This document shows positions 39,051 through 49,315 of a stretch of 64,000 bases of DNA, piece after piece. Made by a program: the position numbers and the translations under genes. The stretch's first letter is position 1; each line of letters opens with the position of its first letter. The stretch spans positions 12,721-76,720 of the forward strand of contig FR891275.1 in the NCBI GenBank assembly GCA_000433755.1, written 5' to 3'. This DNA comes from Clostridium sp. CAG:465 (GTDB lineage Bacteria; Bacillota; Clostridia; TANB77; CAG-465). The notes under the pieces were generated by a model that saw only the letters and a list, made by a program, of their open reading frames with translations, did no database searches and was not told the origin of the DNA.

Positions 39051-40016
39051 TTAGTTAGCAGTATTACTCTGTGTTGTCGTTTCTTCAGAAGAATTATCAA
39101 CTAATTTATTTTTTACTAATTCTTTAGTTTTTTCTTTATCCATAACAAAATATGAAATATTATTTATATATTTTGCTTCACCAGGTGCAGTGCATGATGA
39201 AATGTTGGAAGTATCTATCTTCATAGCATCTGTTGAATACTTAAGAGCTTCTCTAGCTGTAATATTTGTATCAGTATTATCTAAAGCAACGTTTATTAAG
39301 TCTGGAATTTTAGTCAAATTTTTTGCAGATAATACGGTAGATATAAAATTCTTGATAAACTGCTGCTGTACTTCAGTTCTTTGTAAATCTCCTCTAGCAT
39401 ATCCTGAACCATCATTTCCCTTTCTATATCTTACAAATTGTTCTGCTTGTTTTCCATTTAATACCTGTGTTCCTTTTTTTAAGTCAATATGTAAATTCTG
39501 AGTTGGATCATCATATTTCATTCTAACCGGAACATCTACTTCAACGCCACCAACTTTATCAACAATGTCAATCAACATTTTTGAATCAAATATTAAATAA
39601 TAATCTATATCTACCCCTATTAATTCTTCAATTTGCTCAACAAATGCTTGTGTATTTTTCCCTCTATATAAAGAATTTAATTTGTGCCCTACACAATACT
39701 CATTAGTAATATATGTATCCCTTGGAATTGACATCATTGCTACCTTACCTGTTTCAACGTTATAATTTACATACATCATTGTATCTGTTAAATTTTGATT
39801 AGTTCCTACAATTAAAGCATTTATTTCACTTTTCTTTTTTGTTGATACTTTACTATCATTACTTCCGGCTTGAGTAGCAAGTGAATCTTCACCTATAACC
39901 CTATTTACTGCATATATACTAGTCCAAAGGACTACACCAATAGCAAAAATAACAATAAAAAACGTAGTTAATTTTTGATATATATTCTTCTTTTTCTTTT
40001 TATTTTTCTTACCCAT
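39051..40016 (-). CDS. LytR-CpsA-Psr (LCP) family cell-wall polymer transferase
   Basis: N-terminal TM helix plus LCP domain (MMSIPRDT, VDVPVRMKYDD, NGKQAEQFVRYR). Confidence 0.85.
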   Translation of the reverse strand: MGKKNKKKKKNIYQKLTTFFIVIFAIGVVLWTSIYAVNRVIGEDSLATQAGSNDSKVSTKKKSEINALIVGTNQNLTDTMMYVNYNVETGKVAMMSIPRDTYITNEYCVGHKLNSLYRGKNTQAFVEQIEELIGVDIDYYLIFDSKMLIDIVDKVGGVEVDVPVRMKYDDPTQNLHIDLKKGTQVLNGKQAEQFVRYRKGNDGSGYARGDLQRTEVQQQFIKNFISTVLSAKNLTKIPDLINVALDNTDTNITAREALKYSTDAMKIDTSNISSCTAPGEAKYINNISYFVMDKEKTKELVKNKLVDNSSEETTTQSNTAN

Positions 40017-40025
40017 ATCTAAATA

Positions 40026-41015
40026 TTAAACTCCTTCTGCATTGTCAATGTTATCTGAATTTGTACCATCACTTGGAAATTTGGTTTTTATTATATTCTG
40101 AGCTTCAGATTTGTTTAATATATAAAACGACATCCAATTTGATGATTTATCTCCCACATCCTTTAAATCACCTGGAGCAGTGCATGAATACATTCCTGAT
40201 ATATCAATTTTTGAGGCATCTGTAATGTATTTTGTTGCCTCCCTAGCAGTTATATTAGTTTCTGTATTCTTTAATCCTATATTAATTAAATCAGGTATTT
40301 TTGAAATATTCTTAGCAGATAAAACTTGTGAGATAAATGATTTTATAAAATCTTGTTGTACTTCTGTCCTTTGAACATCTCCCATAGGATAGCCAACTGT
40401 CATATCATTGTTATGTCTAAATCTAACAAAGCCCTCAGCTTGTTCGCCATTTAAAACCTGTTTACCAGGCTGCAAATCAATATGCAAATCTTGACTTCCA
40501 TCGTCATACTTCATTCTAATTGGAACATCAACTTCCACTCCACCTATAGCATCAACCATTTCTTTTAACATAGAAGCATCAAACACTAAGTAATAATCGA
40601 TATTTACATCTAACATGTTTTCAACCTGGTTTACAAGCGACATTATTCCTTTACTTTGATACATATAATTGATTTTATATACAGAGCTTAATGTTGGATT
40701 AGATACAATGGATGTATCCCTAGGAATTGACATCATTCCAATTTTTCCAGTTTCAACATTGTATTTTAAATATATAATTGTATCTGTCAATTCTTCATTT
40801 TTTCCACATATAAGTGCGTTTATAACTTTTTTCTTTGATGATGAACTAACGGTAATAATATTTCCGTTTTCATCTAACTTTTCATCTTCTCCAATAATTG
40901 CGTAATTTACAGCATATATTATTCCCCATAAAGCCATGCATATTATACTAACAATTACCAGTACAATTGTTATAATTTGTATATAATTTTTTTTAGATTT
41001 TACTTTCTTTGACAT
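40026..41015 (-). CDS. LCP family protein, tandem paralog
   Basis: Same motifs (MMSIPRDT, VDVPIRMKYDD, NGEQAEGFVRFR). Confidence 0.85.
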   Translation of the reverse strand: MSKKVKSKKNYIQIITIVLVIVSIICMALWGIIYAVNYAIIGEDEKLDENGNIITVSSSSKKKVINALICGKNEELTDTIIYLKYNVETGKIGMMSIPRDTSIVSNPTLSSVYKINYMYQSKGIMSLVNQVENMLDVNIDYYLVFDASMLKEMVDAIGGVEVDVPIRMKYDDGSQDLHIDLQPGKQVLNGEQAEGFVRFRHNNDMTVGYPMGDVQRTEVQQDFIKSFISQVLSAKNISKIPDLINIGLKNTETNITAREATKYITDASKIDISGMYSCTAPGDLKDVGDKSSNWMSFYILNKSEAQNIIKTKFPSDGTNSDNIDNAEGV

Positions 41016-41025
41016 AAATACCTCT

Positions 41026-41661
41026 TTACACCTTTATATTTCTATTAATAATCTTTAATAACACGTTATTATTATACATCATTTTTGTAATATTAGTTTG
41101 TTCTATTTTATTTTTAATTTGCATTTTACTTGATGGTAATTCGGATAAAAGGGCAACGGCAGCTAAAATAATGTATATTATAACAATCGTCTTTAGTGTA
41201 CCTAAAGCCAATCCTCCAATTTTATTTATACTTTTTAAAATTGGCAAATCAAATACCAAATTTAAAACTGATTTTAAAATAAATATTATAACAAATGATA
41301 TTATAAATGTTATAATAAAGCTTATACCTCTTAATATAAACATCGTAATATTATTAGCTTGATATTCCTTTTGTTCATCAGATATTATTCCATTTATAAT
41401 CTTGCTATACATTGTATTATCTTCAGTTCCATTTTTTCTGTTTTCAACTGTATCATTTATACATTGATATACATTATCATAAATATTTTTTCCTATGTTA
41501 CCACTTTTAAGTAGATTTGCAATAGGATTTTGTAATATAAGTGATAATATAATTGCAATTATTATTGCCACGAAACCTACTAAAACGCTTATTAATCCTT
41601 TTTTATATCCTAAATAAGCTCCTAGTGAAACAATCAAAATCAAAACTACATCTATAACCAT
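41026..41661 (-). CDS. CvpA (colicin V production) family membrane protein
   Basis: 4-TM protein whose N-terminal sequence is typical of CvpA. Confidence 0.7.
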   Translation of the reverse strand: MVIDVVLILIVSLGAYLGYKKGLISVLVGFVAIIIAIILSLILQNPIANLLKSGNIGKNIYDNVYQCINDTVENRKNGTEDNTMYSKIINGIISDEQKEYQANNITMFILRGISFIITFIISFVIIFILKSVLNLVFDLPILKSINKIGGLALGTLKTIVIIYIILAAVALLSELPSSKMQIKNKIEQTNITKMMYNNNVLLKIINRNIKV

Positions 41662-41674
41662 AATTAACCTCGTT

Positions 41675-42934
41675 TTACATATTTACACAATATATTTTAT
41701 TTGAATATATTAAAGCTATTGATTTTCCGTTATTAAAAGTTATAACGTTTTTAGGTGGTAATTCAAATTTAATATTTTTAATTTCTACTCCCCATTTGTT
41801 TATAACCTGTAGACCATCTTGATAAATTAAATAATTAAGTACATTGGTATTTTTAAACATTTTAGGCGAATCTGTTATTTGGCTTGTACTTATGTTAGTA
41901 TTATCTAATCTATTTGAAATTAAAGAATACCCACTATCTTTATCATTTTTTAACTCTTTTGATATTATAGAATAATAATTATTTGATATACTTACATACA
42001 TTATTTGTGATGTATCAAACTTGTATATATCTTCCCTATCTTTTGTATCAATGTTACATTTTACTATTTTATCATCCAGTAACATTATAATATTTCGGTT
42101 TTGAATAGTCAAGTCATATAAAAAATTATTATCTAGTGTTGCAATTGTATCAATTTTTTCTCCATTTGAACTATCTATAAGTGAAATAGATATTCCTGCC
42201 TTAAAAGTCTCCGTATTTGTTTGAACTACAATAAGTTGTCTTGCATTATTTAGCATATTAACACTTACAATAGGATTTGATGACAAATATGCATTATACA
42301 AATTCTTTCCCTTTTTAGAATATACTCCTAAAACTTTTTTATAACCACTAGTTGAATATTCAACAACGTAATTTCCACTTTCGTCAATAAATATTTCATC
42401 AATTTCTCCATCAATCTTAGTATTTAGTATTTCTTTCTTATCTTCAAACAAATAAATTTTTCCATTGGAATTATTTGACACGGCCATAAATTTCCCTTGT
42501 ATATATATGTTAGGGGTAAATTTTGTACTAAGCTCGTATTCCCAAGTTTTCTTTCCTCTAGAATTATATGTTGTAATTTTTTGATTATTGTATATTAATA
42601 AATCTGAACAATATGATTCATATATATCTGAATCAGTTGAAACTATATCAATTTTATTCTTATCATCTATACCACTACCTCTATTAATACTTATACCAAA
42701 TAAAGGGCCATAGTATAAAAATACAAATAACAATATAAAAACAATTACACATATTAAACATATCAAAAGTGGATTGGTCCTTTTATCTTCTCTTGTATTT
42801 GTTTTATCTATATCTCTTTTTATTCTCTTACTTCTTTCAATCTCTTTTTGTGCTTTATGTTTATTGGCTATCTCAATCCCCTTAGATAAATCCTCATTAT
42901 TAATTTCAGAATTATTTATTCTTCCTTTTCTCAT
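41675..42934 (-). CDS. hypothetical membrane-anchored protein (basic cytoplasmic N-terminus, one TM, ~340-aa beta-rich extracellular domain)
   Basis: ORF whose start overlaps the rarA stop codon. Topology inferred from hydrophobicity only. Confidence 0.4.
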   Translation of the reverse strand: MRKGRINNSEINNEDLSKGIEIANKHKAQKEIERSKRIKRDIDKTNTREDKRTNPLLICLICVIVFILLFVFLYYGPLFGISINRGSGIDDKNKIDIVSTDSDIYESYCSDLLIYNNQKITTYNSRGKKTWEYELSTKFTPNIYIQGKFMAVSNNSNGKIYLFEDKKEILNTKIDGEIDEIFIDESGNYVVEYSTSGYKKVLGVYSKKGKNLYNAYLSSNPIVSVNMLNNARQLIVVQTNTETFKAGISISLIDSSNGEKIDTIATLDNNFLYDLTIQNRNIIMLLDDKIVKCNIDTKDREDIYKFDTSQIMYVSISNNYYSIISKELKNDKDSGYSLISNRLDNTNISTSQITDSPKMFKNTNVLNYLIYQDGLQVINKWGVEIKNIKFELPPKNVITFNNGKSIALIYSNKIYCVNM

Positions 42935-44171
42935 AATTTTTCTCCCATTTTTTTGGATTATAATATACTTTATCCTTTAACTCATCTGGTAAATATTGTT
43001 GCTTAACATATCCATTTTCAAAATCATGAGGATATTTATATCCTACACCATATCCAAAGTTTTCCATTCCACTAATTTCAGCATTTCTGATGTGCATTGG
43101 AATTTTTCCAACATCCATGTTTTTGACATCTTCTATAGCTTGGTTTATTCCTAAATAACTTGCATTGGATTTTGGACTCATAGCAACTTCTACAGCTGCT
43201 TGTGCAAGTATAATCCTTGCTTCTGGCATACCTATTTGATGAACAGCTTGCATTGCCGCTACAGCCACAATTAAAGCTTCATTATTTGCTGCTCCTACAT
43301 CCTCTGATGCTTGAATAACAATCCTCCTTGCTATAAACATAGGATCTTCTCCTCCTTCAAGCATTCTTGCTAAATAATGTAGTGTTGCATCCGGATCAGA
43401 ACCTCTCATAGATTTTATAAAAGCACTAATTGTATCATAATGAGAGTCATCTGACTTATCATATATAACCTTCTTTTGCATAATACAATTTTTTATAACA
43501 TCCATGTCTATAACTATCTTTCCATCTTCATTCATATTAGTTGTTATTACTGCAAGTTCCAAACTGTTTAGTGCACCTCTTACATCTCCATTAGAAATAT
43601 ATCCTAAATATTCTAAAACTTCATTTTTTATATCAAGGTTATATCCTCCAAGTCCATTTTCTTTATCAACTATAGCCGCTTTTAGAATTTTAACAATATC
43701 GTCCTTTGAAAGTTCTTTAAATTTAAATACAGTTGATCTTGAAAGAAGAGCTTTATTTACACTAAAATATGGATTTTCAGTCGTGGCACCAATTAAAATT
43801 ACAGTACCCTTTTCAACATAAGGCAAAAGTGCATCCTGCTGTAACTTGTTAAACCTATGAATTTCGTCTACAAAAAGTATTACTCTACCAGTTGGATTTA
43901 AAAATATATTCTGAGTTTCTTCTACAATTTTTTTTATATCTGCAACACCTGCAGATGTTGCATTGATACTTTCAAATTTATTTTTAGTTGTATGCGCAAT
44001 TATTCTTGCAAGGGAAGTTTTGCCACATCCGGGTGGTCCCCAAAATATTGCAGATGTTAATCTATCTGACTTTATAAGTCTGTATAACAATTTATCTTTT
44101 CCCACAATTTCATCTTGACCATAGAAATCATCAAGTGAAGTAGGCTTCATTCTATATGCTAATGGTTCCAT
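42912..44171 (-). CDS. rarA: replication-associated recombination protein A (AAA+ ATPase RarA/MgsA)
   Basis: Walker A GPPGCGKTS, Walker B ILFVDEIHRF, conserved C-terminal domain. Confidence 0.9.
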   Translation of the reverse strand: MEPLAYRMKPTSLDDFYGQDEIVGKDKLLYRLIKSDRLTSAIFWGPPGCGKTSLARIIAHTTKNKFESINATSAGVADIKKIVEETQNIFLNPTGRVILFVDEIHRFNKLQQDALLPYVEKGTVILIGATTENPYFSVNKALLSRSTVFKFKELSKDDIVKILKAAIVDKENGLGGYNLDIKNEVLEYLGYISNGDVRGALNSLELAVITTNMNEDGKIVIDMDVIKNCIMQKKVIYDKSDDSHYDTISAFIKSMRGSDPDATLHYLARMLEGGEDPMFIARRIVIQASEDVGAANNEALIVAVAAMQAVHQIGMPEARIILAQAAVEVAMSPKSNASYLGINQAIEDVKNMDVGKIPMHIRNAEISGMENFGYGVGYKYPHDFENGYVKQQYLPDELKDKVYYNPKKWEKNYEKRKNK

Positions 44172-44322
44172 ATAATCCCTCTTTTTTGTATAATTTTACT
44201 TATTTATTATATAATAAAACCTAACTATTAGCAATAGCTAATAATTAGGTTTTTACATAGTTTATTTCAAAAGATTAAAATAACAGGAGTAAAAAATTAT
44301 AATATATAAGAAACATATATTT

Positions 44323-44922
44323 TTAATACATTGAAACTTCAACAACTTTAAATGTAGCATTTTTCATTGCTTCAACTTTATCTGAAGATACATATGTAAA
44401 TATTTTAAATTCTTGTGTTTGTCCAGACGTTAAATCATTTGCATAAACATAACCATCATCAATTCTTGCTCCTGTACTATCTACAGCTTCTATGTGAATG
44501 TCAAATGATTTTTTATCAGATGTTTTATTTTTTACTTTAACTTTTAACTCTGTACTTGTTATTCCATATTTGCCAACACTAACTTCAAAATTTCCTAAAT
44601 TTACATCTACATCATTTTTTAGAATTTCTTCTGTACTATTTCCAACTGCTTTATCTAATTCTTTACTTGTTTTATCAAGTGAATTAGATAAACTATTTTG
44701 CATTGACAAAGTAATAATTACTGTGAAAACTGCAAGAATTATTGCTGCTGCAGCTTTTCCACTTCCGGCCTTTTTTACTAATGCTATAATTCCAAATATG
44801 AACGCTATAATTGCCATTATAAACGATAAATTATTTATAAATGGAATAAATGAAGTACAAATACCAACTATTCCTAAAACCATACCAGCAGTAGCAAGTC
44901 CACTTTTCTTTTTTTCTTCCAT
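44323..44922 (-). CDS. DUF4190-type membrane protein with extracellular beta domain
   Basis: N-terminal GLATAGMVLGIVGI... two-TM module. Probable start at MEEKKK. Confidence 0.55.
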   Translation of the reverse strand: MEEKKKSGLATAGMVLGIVGICTSFIPFINNLSFIMAIIAFIFGIIALVKKAGSGKAAAAIILAVFTVIITLSMQNSLSNSLDKTSKELDKAVGNSTEEILKNDVDVNLGNFEVSVGKYGITSTELKVKVKNKTSDKKSFDIHIEAVDSTGARIDDGYVYANDLTSGQTQEFKIFTYVSSDKVEAMKNATFKVVEVSMY

Positions 44923-45017
44923 AAAAATTCCTCCAATCAAAACTAATATCAGAATAAAAAGTATAAATAATAATATTTATATATTTTGTATATATAATAA
45001 ATGTAGTTTTTTTCTTG

Positions 45018-45260
45018 TTATCTAAGTACCCCTTCTAAAACTAACAAAGCAATAATTACCGTAAAAGTAGCAAGTATTACTCCAGATGCTGCTTTTCCAC
45101 TTCCAGATCTTTTCAATAATGATATCATTCCAAATATAAAAGCAATAATTGCCATTATAATTGATAATATGTCCACAAAAGGAATAAATGACGTTCCAAT
45201 ACCAACTATACCCAAAACCATACTAGCAGTTTCAAGGCCACTTTTCTTTTTATCTTCCAT
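45018..45260 (-). CDS. DUF4190-type membrane protein, short paralog (N-terminal module only)
   Basis: The first ~70 residues are about 75% identical to 44323..44922. Confidence 0.5.
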   Translation of the reverse strand: MEDKKKSGLETASMVLGIVGIGTSFIPFVDILSIIMAIIAFIFGMISLLKRSGSGKAASGVILATFTVIIALLVLEGVLR

Positions 45261-45412
45261 ATGATTTCCCCCAATCAAAATTAATTTTTAAATAAAAACT
45301 ACAAATACTATTTATATATTCACATTATACAATATATGTAATTTTTTGTCAACGATGTATCGTTAAAAAATAGCAAATAATATTGTTATAATGTATTTAT
45401 GAGGTGTAAACT

Positions 45413-45652
45413 ATGAATATCTCTGAAGCAATAGCTAAAAGAATAAAAAATATTTGTAAAGAACGAAATATAAGCATTAATAAATTAGCAAATCTAAGCT
45501 GTCTTACGCAATCAACATTACAGTCCATAATTGATGGAAGTAGTAATAATCCAAAACTGCTTACTATTTTTAGAATTTGTTATGGTTTAAATATTACAAT
45601 ATCAGAATTTTTTAATGACAAAATATTTGAAAATTTAGACTTAGATATATAA
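45413..45652 (+). CDS. XRE-family helix-turn-helix transcriptional regulator
   Basis: HTH region IKNICKERNISINKLANLSCLTQSTLQSI. Confidence 0.6.
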   Translation: MNISEAIAKRIKNICKERNISINKLANLSCLTQSTLQSIIDGSSNNPKLLTIFRICYGLNITISEFFNDKIFENLDLDI

Positions 45653-45685
45653 TTAAATTTAAAATTTAATATATTTTACACGTGG

Positions 45686-45718
45686 AAAGCCCCTTAGCAA
45701 AATGCTAAGAGGCTTTCT
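45686..45718. terminator. bidirectional terminator hairpin (GAAAGCCCCTTAGCA...TGCTAAGAGGCTTTC)
   Basis: Long near-perfect inverted repeat between convergent genes. Confidence 0.55.
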
Positions 45719-45730
45719 ACTATTACAAAT

Positions 45731-46639
45731 CTAAAAATTTTTTATTATTTCCTCTTTAGTAATACCATATATTTTGTATAAATTCTCAATATCGCCAGAT
45801 TTACCAAATTTATCTTTTACTCCAAACTTTATTAATTTTTTTGGATATTCTTCAGTTAAAACATTAGAAATAATACTACCAATTCCGCCAACTATACTAT
45901 GATCTTCAATTGAAATTAATTTATCAGTTTCTTTTGCACATTTAATTATGGTTTCTTTGTCAATTGGTTTTATACTGTATAAATCAACAACACGTACATT
46001 TATACCTCTTTTTTCTAATTCTTTTTTTGCCTCAAGAGCTATCCATACTGTATTTCCAACAGCAAAAATCGTACCATCATTTCCATTGCCAAATGTGTTT
46101 GATCCTCCAAGTTTAAATATATCAAGATCACTATATACATCTACAGCTTTATTTCTTCCAAGCCTTATATATTTAGGTCCTTTTTCTTGCATACATATAT
46201 CAAGTATCTTTTGTGTTGCGACATCATCTGCCGGGCAAAATACTTTCATATTTGGAATTACATTCATAAGTGCAATATCCTCGATGCATTGATGAGTAGC
46301 ACCATCTTCTCCTACTGCAAGTCCAGAATGTGTAGCACATAAATTGATATCTATATTTGAATATGCAGCTGTATTTCTAATTTGTTCATAAGCACGTCCT
46401 GCAAGAAACATTGCAAAACTAGACGCAAACACTTTTTTTCCTGTAAGTGCCATTCCACAAGCTGTTCCTACCATATCTTGTTCTGAAATTCCCATATCAA
46501 AATGTCTATCAGGAAATTCCTTTTTAAAAAGTTTAGTACAAGTAGCATTTGCAAGATCAGCATCAAACACCATAACATCTTTATTTTCAAAACCTTTTTT
46601 TACAAGATATTCTCCATATGATTCTCTTGTTGATTTCAT
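45731..46639 (-). CDS. transketolase, C-terminal subunit
   Basis: Pyrimidine-binding and C-terminal domains of a split transketolase. Confidence 0.9.
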   Translation of the reverse strand: MKSTRESYGEYLVKKGFENKDVMVFDADLANATCTKLFKKEFPDRHFDMGISEQDMVGTACGMALTGKKVFASSFAMFLAGRAYEQIRNTAAYSNIDINLCATHSGLAVGEDGATHQCIEDIALMNVIPNMKVFCPADDVATQKILDICMQEKGPKYIRLGRNKAVDVYSDLDIFKLGGSNTFGNGNDGTIFAVGNTVWIALEAKKELEKRGINVRVVDLYSIKPIDKETIIKCAKETDKLISIEDHSIVGGIGSIISNVLTEEYPKKLIKFGVKDKFGKSGDIENLYKIYGITKEEIIKNF

Positions 46640-46657
46640 ATATTTCCCTCTTTTCTT

Positions 46658-47452
46658 TTACTTTAATTCAGCTTTAGACAAATTATATTCTTCATCTGTA
46701 AGCTTTTTACCATGCCATTCGGCTTTATTTTCCATAAAAGATATTCCCTTACCTTTTATTGTATTTGCTATTATTACATTTGGCTTATTTGACTTTTTAG
46801 CGTTTGATACAGATGTTAAAATTTCATCAAAATTATGCCCATTAATTCTTTGAACATAAAATCCAAAAGAATTAAATTTTTCTTCTAAGTTATCCACATT
46901 TTTAACATCTTTTATAGTGCCATCTATTTGTAATCCATTATTATCTACAAACAAAATTAAATTATTAAGGTTATATTTACTTGAACTCATACAAGCTTCC
47001 CATATCTGTCCTTCTTCTATTTCTCCATCTCCGACCAAGCAATACACATTTCCCTCTTTACCTGATACTTTTTTAGAAATGGCCATACCATTTGCAATTG
47101 AAAGTCCCTGTCCTAAAGATCCACTTGAAACATCTACTCCATTTATTTTTATACAAGGATGTCCCTCAAGATAACTATCAAACTTTCTAAATGTTTTTAA
47201 ATCTTCATGTGGTATATATCCCTTACTTGAAAGCACAGCATAATAGCAAGATGATGCATGACCCTTTGATAAAATAAATTTATCAATTCTACTCCCTTCA
47301 TTATCTAAATTTAAGTTCATTAATCTATGATATAAAGCTACTAAGATTTCAACACAAGATAGACTACCTCCTGGATGTCCTGAACCTGCACTATATATCA
47401 TATCCACTATATCATTTCTAATATCTTTTGATATTTTTTCTAAATCTTCCAT
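46658..47452 (-). CDS. transketolase, N-terminal (TPP-binding) subunit
   Basis: GHPGGSLS and GDGE TPP-binding motifs. Confidence 0.9.
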   Translation of the reverse strand: MEDLEKISKDIRNDIVDMIYSAGSGHPGGSLSCVEILVALYHRLMNLNLDNEGSRIDKFILSKGHASSCYYAVLSSKGYIPHEDLKTFRKFDSYLEGHPCIKINGVDVSSGSLGQGLSIANGMAISKKVSGKEGNVYCLVGDGEIEEGQIWEACMSSSKYNLNNLILFVDNNGLQIDGTIKDVKNVDNLEEKFNSFGFYVQRINGHNFDEILTSVSNAKKSNKPNVIIANTIKGKGISFMENKAEWHGKKLTDEEYNLSKAELK

Positions 47453-47461
47453 ATATCCCCC

Positions 47462-48355
47462 TTAATTTATATCTTTAAATCCTGTTCCAATCGCTTCATT
47501 TACTGTTGTTATATACATTAATGCTTTACTATCATTTTCTCTAATTAATTCCTTTAATTTTGCTATCTGTGGAGTAGTTATTATACAAGTAATTGTAGTT
47601 ATCTGTTTTTTACTATGAGCTCCTACACTATTTGTTACAGTTGCTCCTCTTTTTAAATCATTTAATATTGCTGGAATTACCTTATCACTTTTATTTGTAA
47701 TAATTGTTACAACTTTTGTATAATATATTCCTTCAAAAACTACATTTACTACCTTTGTTGAAATTGCCATAGCAATTATCGAATAAAGTCCAACGTTTAT
47801 ATCCTTAAACACAATAATAATAGCTGATATAATAAAAAATTCAATTATTAATAGAACTTTACTTACACTTTGTGCTTTAGTGAGTTTATATATAAGTTGG
47901 GCTAAAAGATCTGAGCCACCAGAACTTGCTCCTGCCTTAAATACTAATGCAAGTCCTAAACCTACTATAATTCCACCAAACACACAAGAAGTAAACATAT
48001 CTAATCCTCCGAATTTTATAAACACCCCATCTTTAAATATTTCATAAAATAGTGCAAGTATAATTGTTGTAAATATTGTTTTTAAATTAAACTTTATTCC
48101 AAGTTTTATTATTGAAAAAATAAAAAGAGGAATATTTATAAAAATTATTGTAAGACCCATCGGAACATTAAAAATGTAATAAAATATTGTAGCTATACCA
48201 CTTGCTCCACCTGTTGTCATTTTGTATGGTAATAAAAACCAGTTCGTTCCAATTGATATAAGGAAAGAGCCTAAAATCATATATATTAAGTCTATAACAA
48301 CATGCATTATAAAAAGTTGATCTTTTTCCATATTATTAAATTTCATAATAACCAC
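47462..48355 (-). CDS. YitT-family membrane protein (DUF161 + DUF2179)
   Basis: Polytopic N-terminal domain and conserved C-terminal DUF2179-like segment. Confidence 0.75.
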   Translation of the reverse strand: MVIMKFNNMEKDQLFIMHVVIDLIYMILGSFLISIGTNWFLLPYKMTTGGASGIATIFYYIFNVPMGLTIIFINIPLFIFSIIKLGIKFNLKTIFTTIILALFYEIFKDGVFIKFGGLDMFTSCVFGGIIVGLGLALVFKAGASSGGSDLLAQLIYKLTKAQSVSKVLLIIEFFIISAIIIVFKDINVGLYSIIAMAISTKVVNVVFEGIYYTKVVTIITNKSDKVIPAILNDLKRGATVTNSVGAHSKKQITTITCIITTPQIAKLKELIRENDSKALMYITTVNEAIGTGFKDIN

Positions 48356-48389
48356 CTTTTAATGATTATTATTTGTATTTAAAAATAAA

Positions 48390-48851
48390 TTATATCTCTT
48401 TTCTTAATATATCAAGAAATTTTTCACTTCTAGAATACTTTTTTGGAGTAAATTCTTTTAACTTTTTAACGTAATCATCAAAATTTTCTCCATCTTTATA
48501 CATAAGTAAATATCCTTCTTTTTCCAGTTCACCTGCAACTTCTAGTTGATGATCATTTATATGTTCGTTATATTTCCCAAGTCTTGGAACAACAAGTACT
48601 CTTTTATTATTTTCTAATGCATTAAAAATTGTTCCAACTCCACCATGACATATGACAAAACCAGCTTTTTTAATATATTCATTAAATTTACTAGTATCAA
48701 TTGATTTTATCATTTTTATTTTTTTACTACTAAACTTAGTATTTCCAGTTTGTGCAACTATTTCATCATCTTTTAAAGCTTCAGAATTTTCTACCATATT
48801 AAAAATTCTTAAAAATTGTTGCTTTTGGGTACCAACTGAGACGAAAACCAT
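48390..48851 (-). CDS. glycosyltransferase family 28 C-terminal-domain protein (Alg13/Cps14G-like catalytic subunit)
   Basis: GT28 C-terminal motifs (ICHGGVGT). Its start overlaps the stop of the Alg14-like gene. Confidence 0.75.
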   Translation of the reverse strand: MVFVSVGTQKQQFLRIFNMVENSEALKDDEIVAQTGNTKFSSKKIKMIKSIDTSKFNEYIKKAGFVICHGGVGTIFNALENNKRVLVVPRLGKYNEHINDHQLEVAGELEKEGYLLMYKDGENFDDYVKKLKEFTPKKYSRSEKFLDILRKEI

Positions 48852-49315
48852 TACATTAACCTCCCTAAATATTCAGCCTTTTTATATTTTTTTGCTAAAT
48901 CTTCCCATTGAACATAAAATTTGTTTGCAAAAGGATAAACCATTTTACCAGTTACAGATAAACTATTTACTTTAGCAAGAGATTCAATATATATAACTTT
49001 TTTACCAAATAATTTTGCAAAAAAGCACATTATACCACCAACTTGTGCCCCGGTTGTTAAAACGGTTTTAGGTTTAAATTTAATAAGTATGCTTATACTC
49101 TTAAACATATTGTATATAACGGCCCCTATATACTTTATTTTATTTTTATTTGGTCCATATTTAAAAAATTCCATGTTATAATTATCAGATAAATTTTCTG
49201 TTATTTCAGTTTTTTCTGTTACTAATAAATAATCATATTCGTTAAACAATTTCTTTAACTTTAGCATTTCACTTAAATGTCCACCAGAACTACATACAAA
49301 AATTACTTTTTTCAC
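48851..49315 (-). CDS. Alg14/Cps14F-like glycosyltransferase membrane-anchoring subunit
   Basis: VCSSGGHLSEM motif. Pairs with the GT28 C-terminal-domain protein as a split glycosyltransferase. Confidence 0.75.
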   Translation of the reverse strand: MKKVIFVCSSGGHLSEMLKLKKLFNEYDYLLVTEKTEITENLSDNYNMEFFKYGPNKNKIKYIGAVIYNMFKSISILIKFKPKTVLTTGAQVGGIMCFFAKLFGKKVIYIESLAKVNSLSVTGKMVYPFANKFYVQWEDLAKKYKKAEYLGRLM

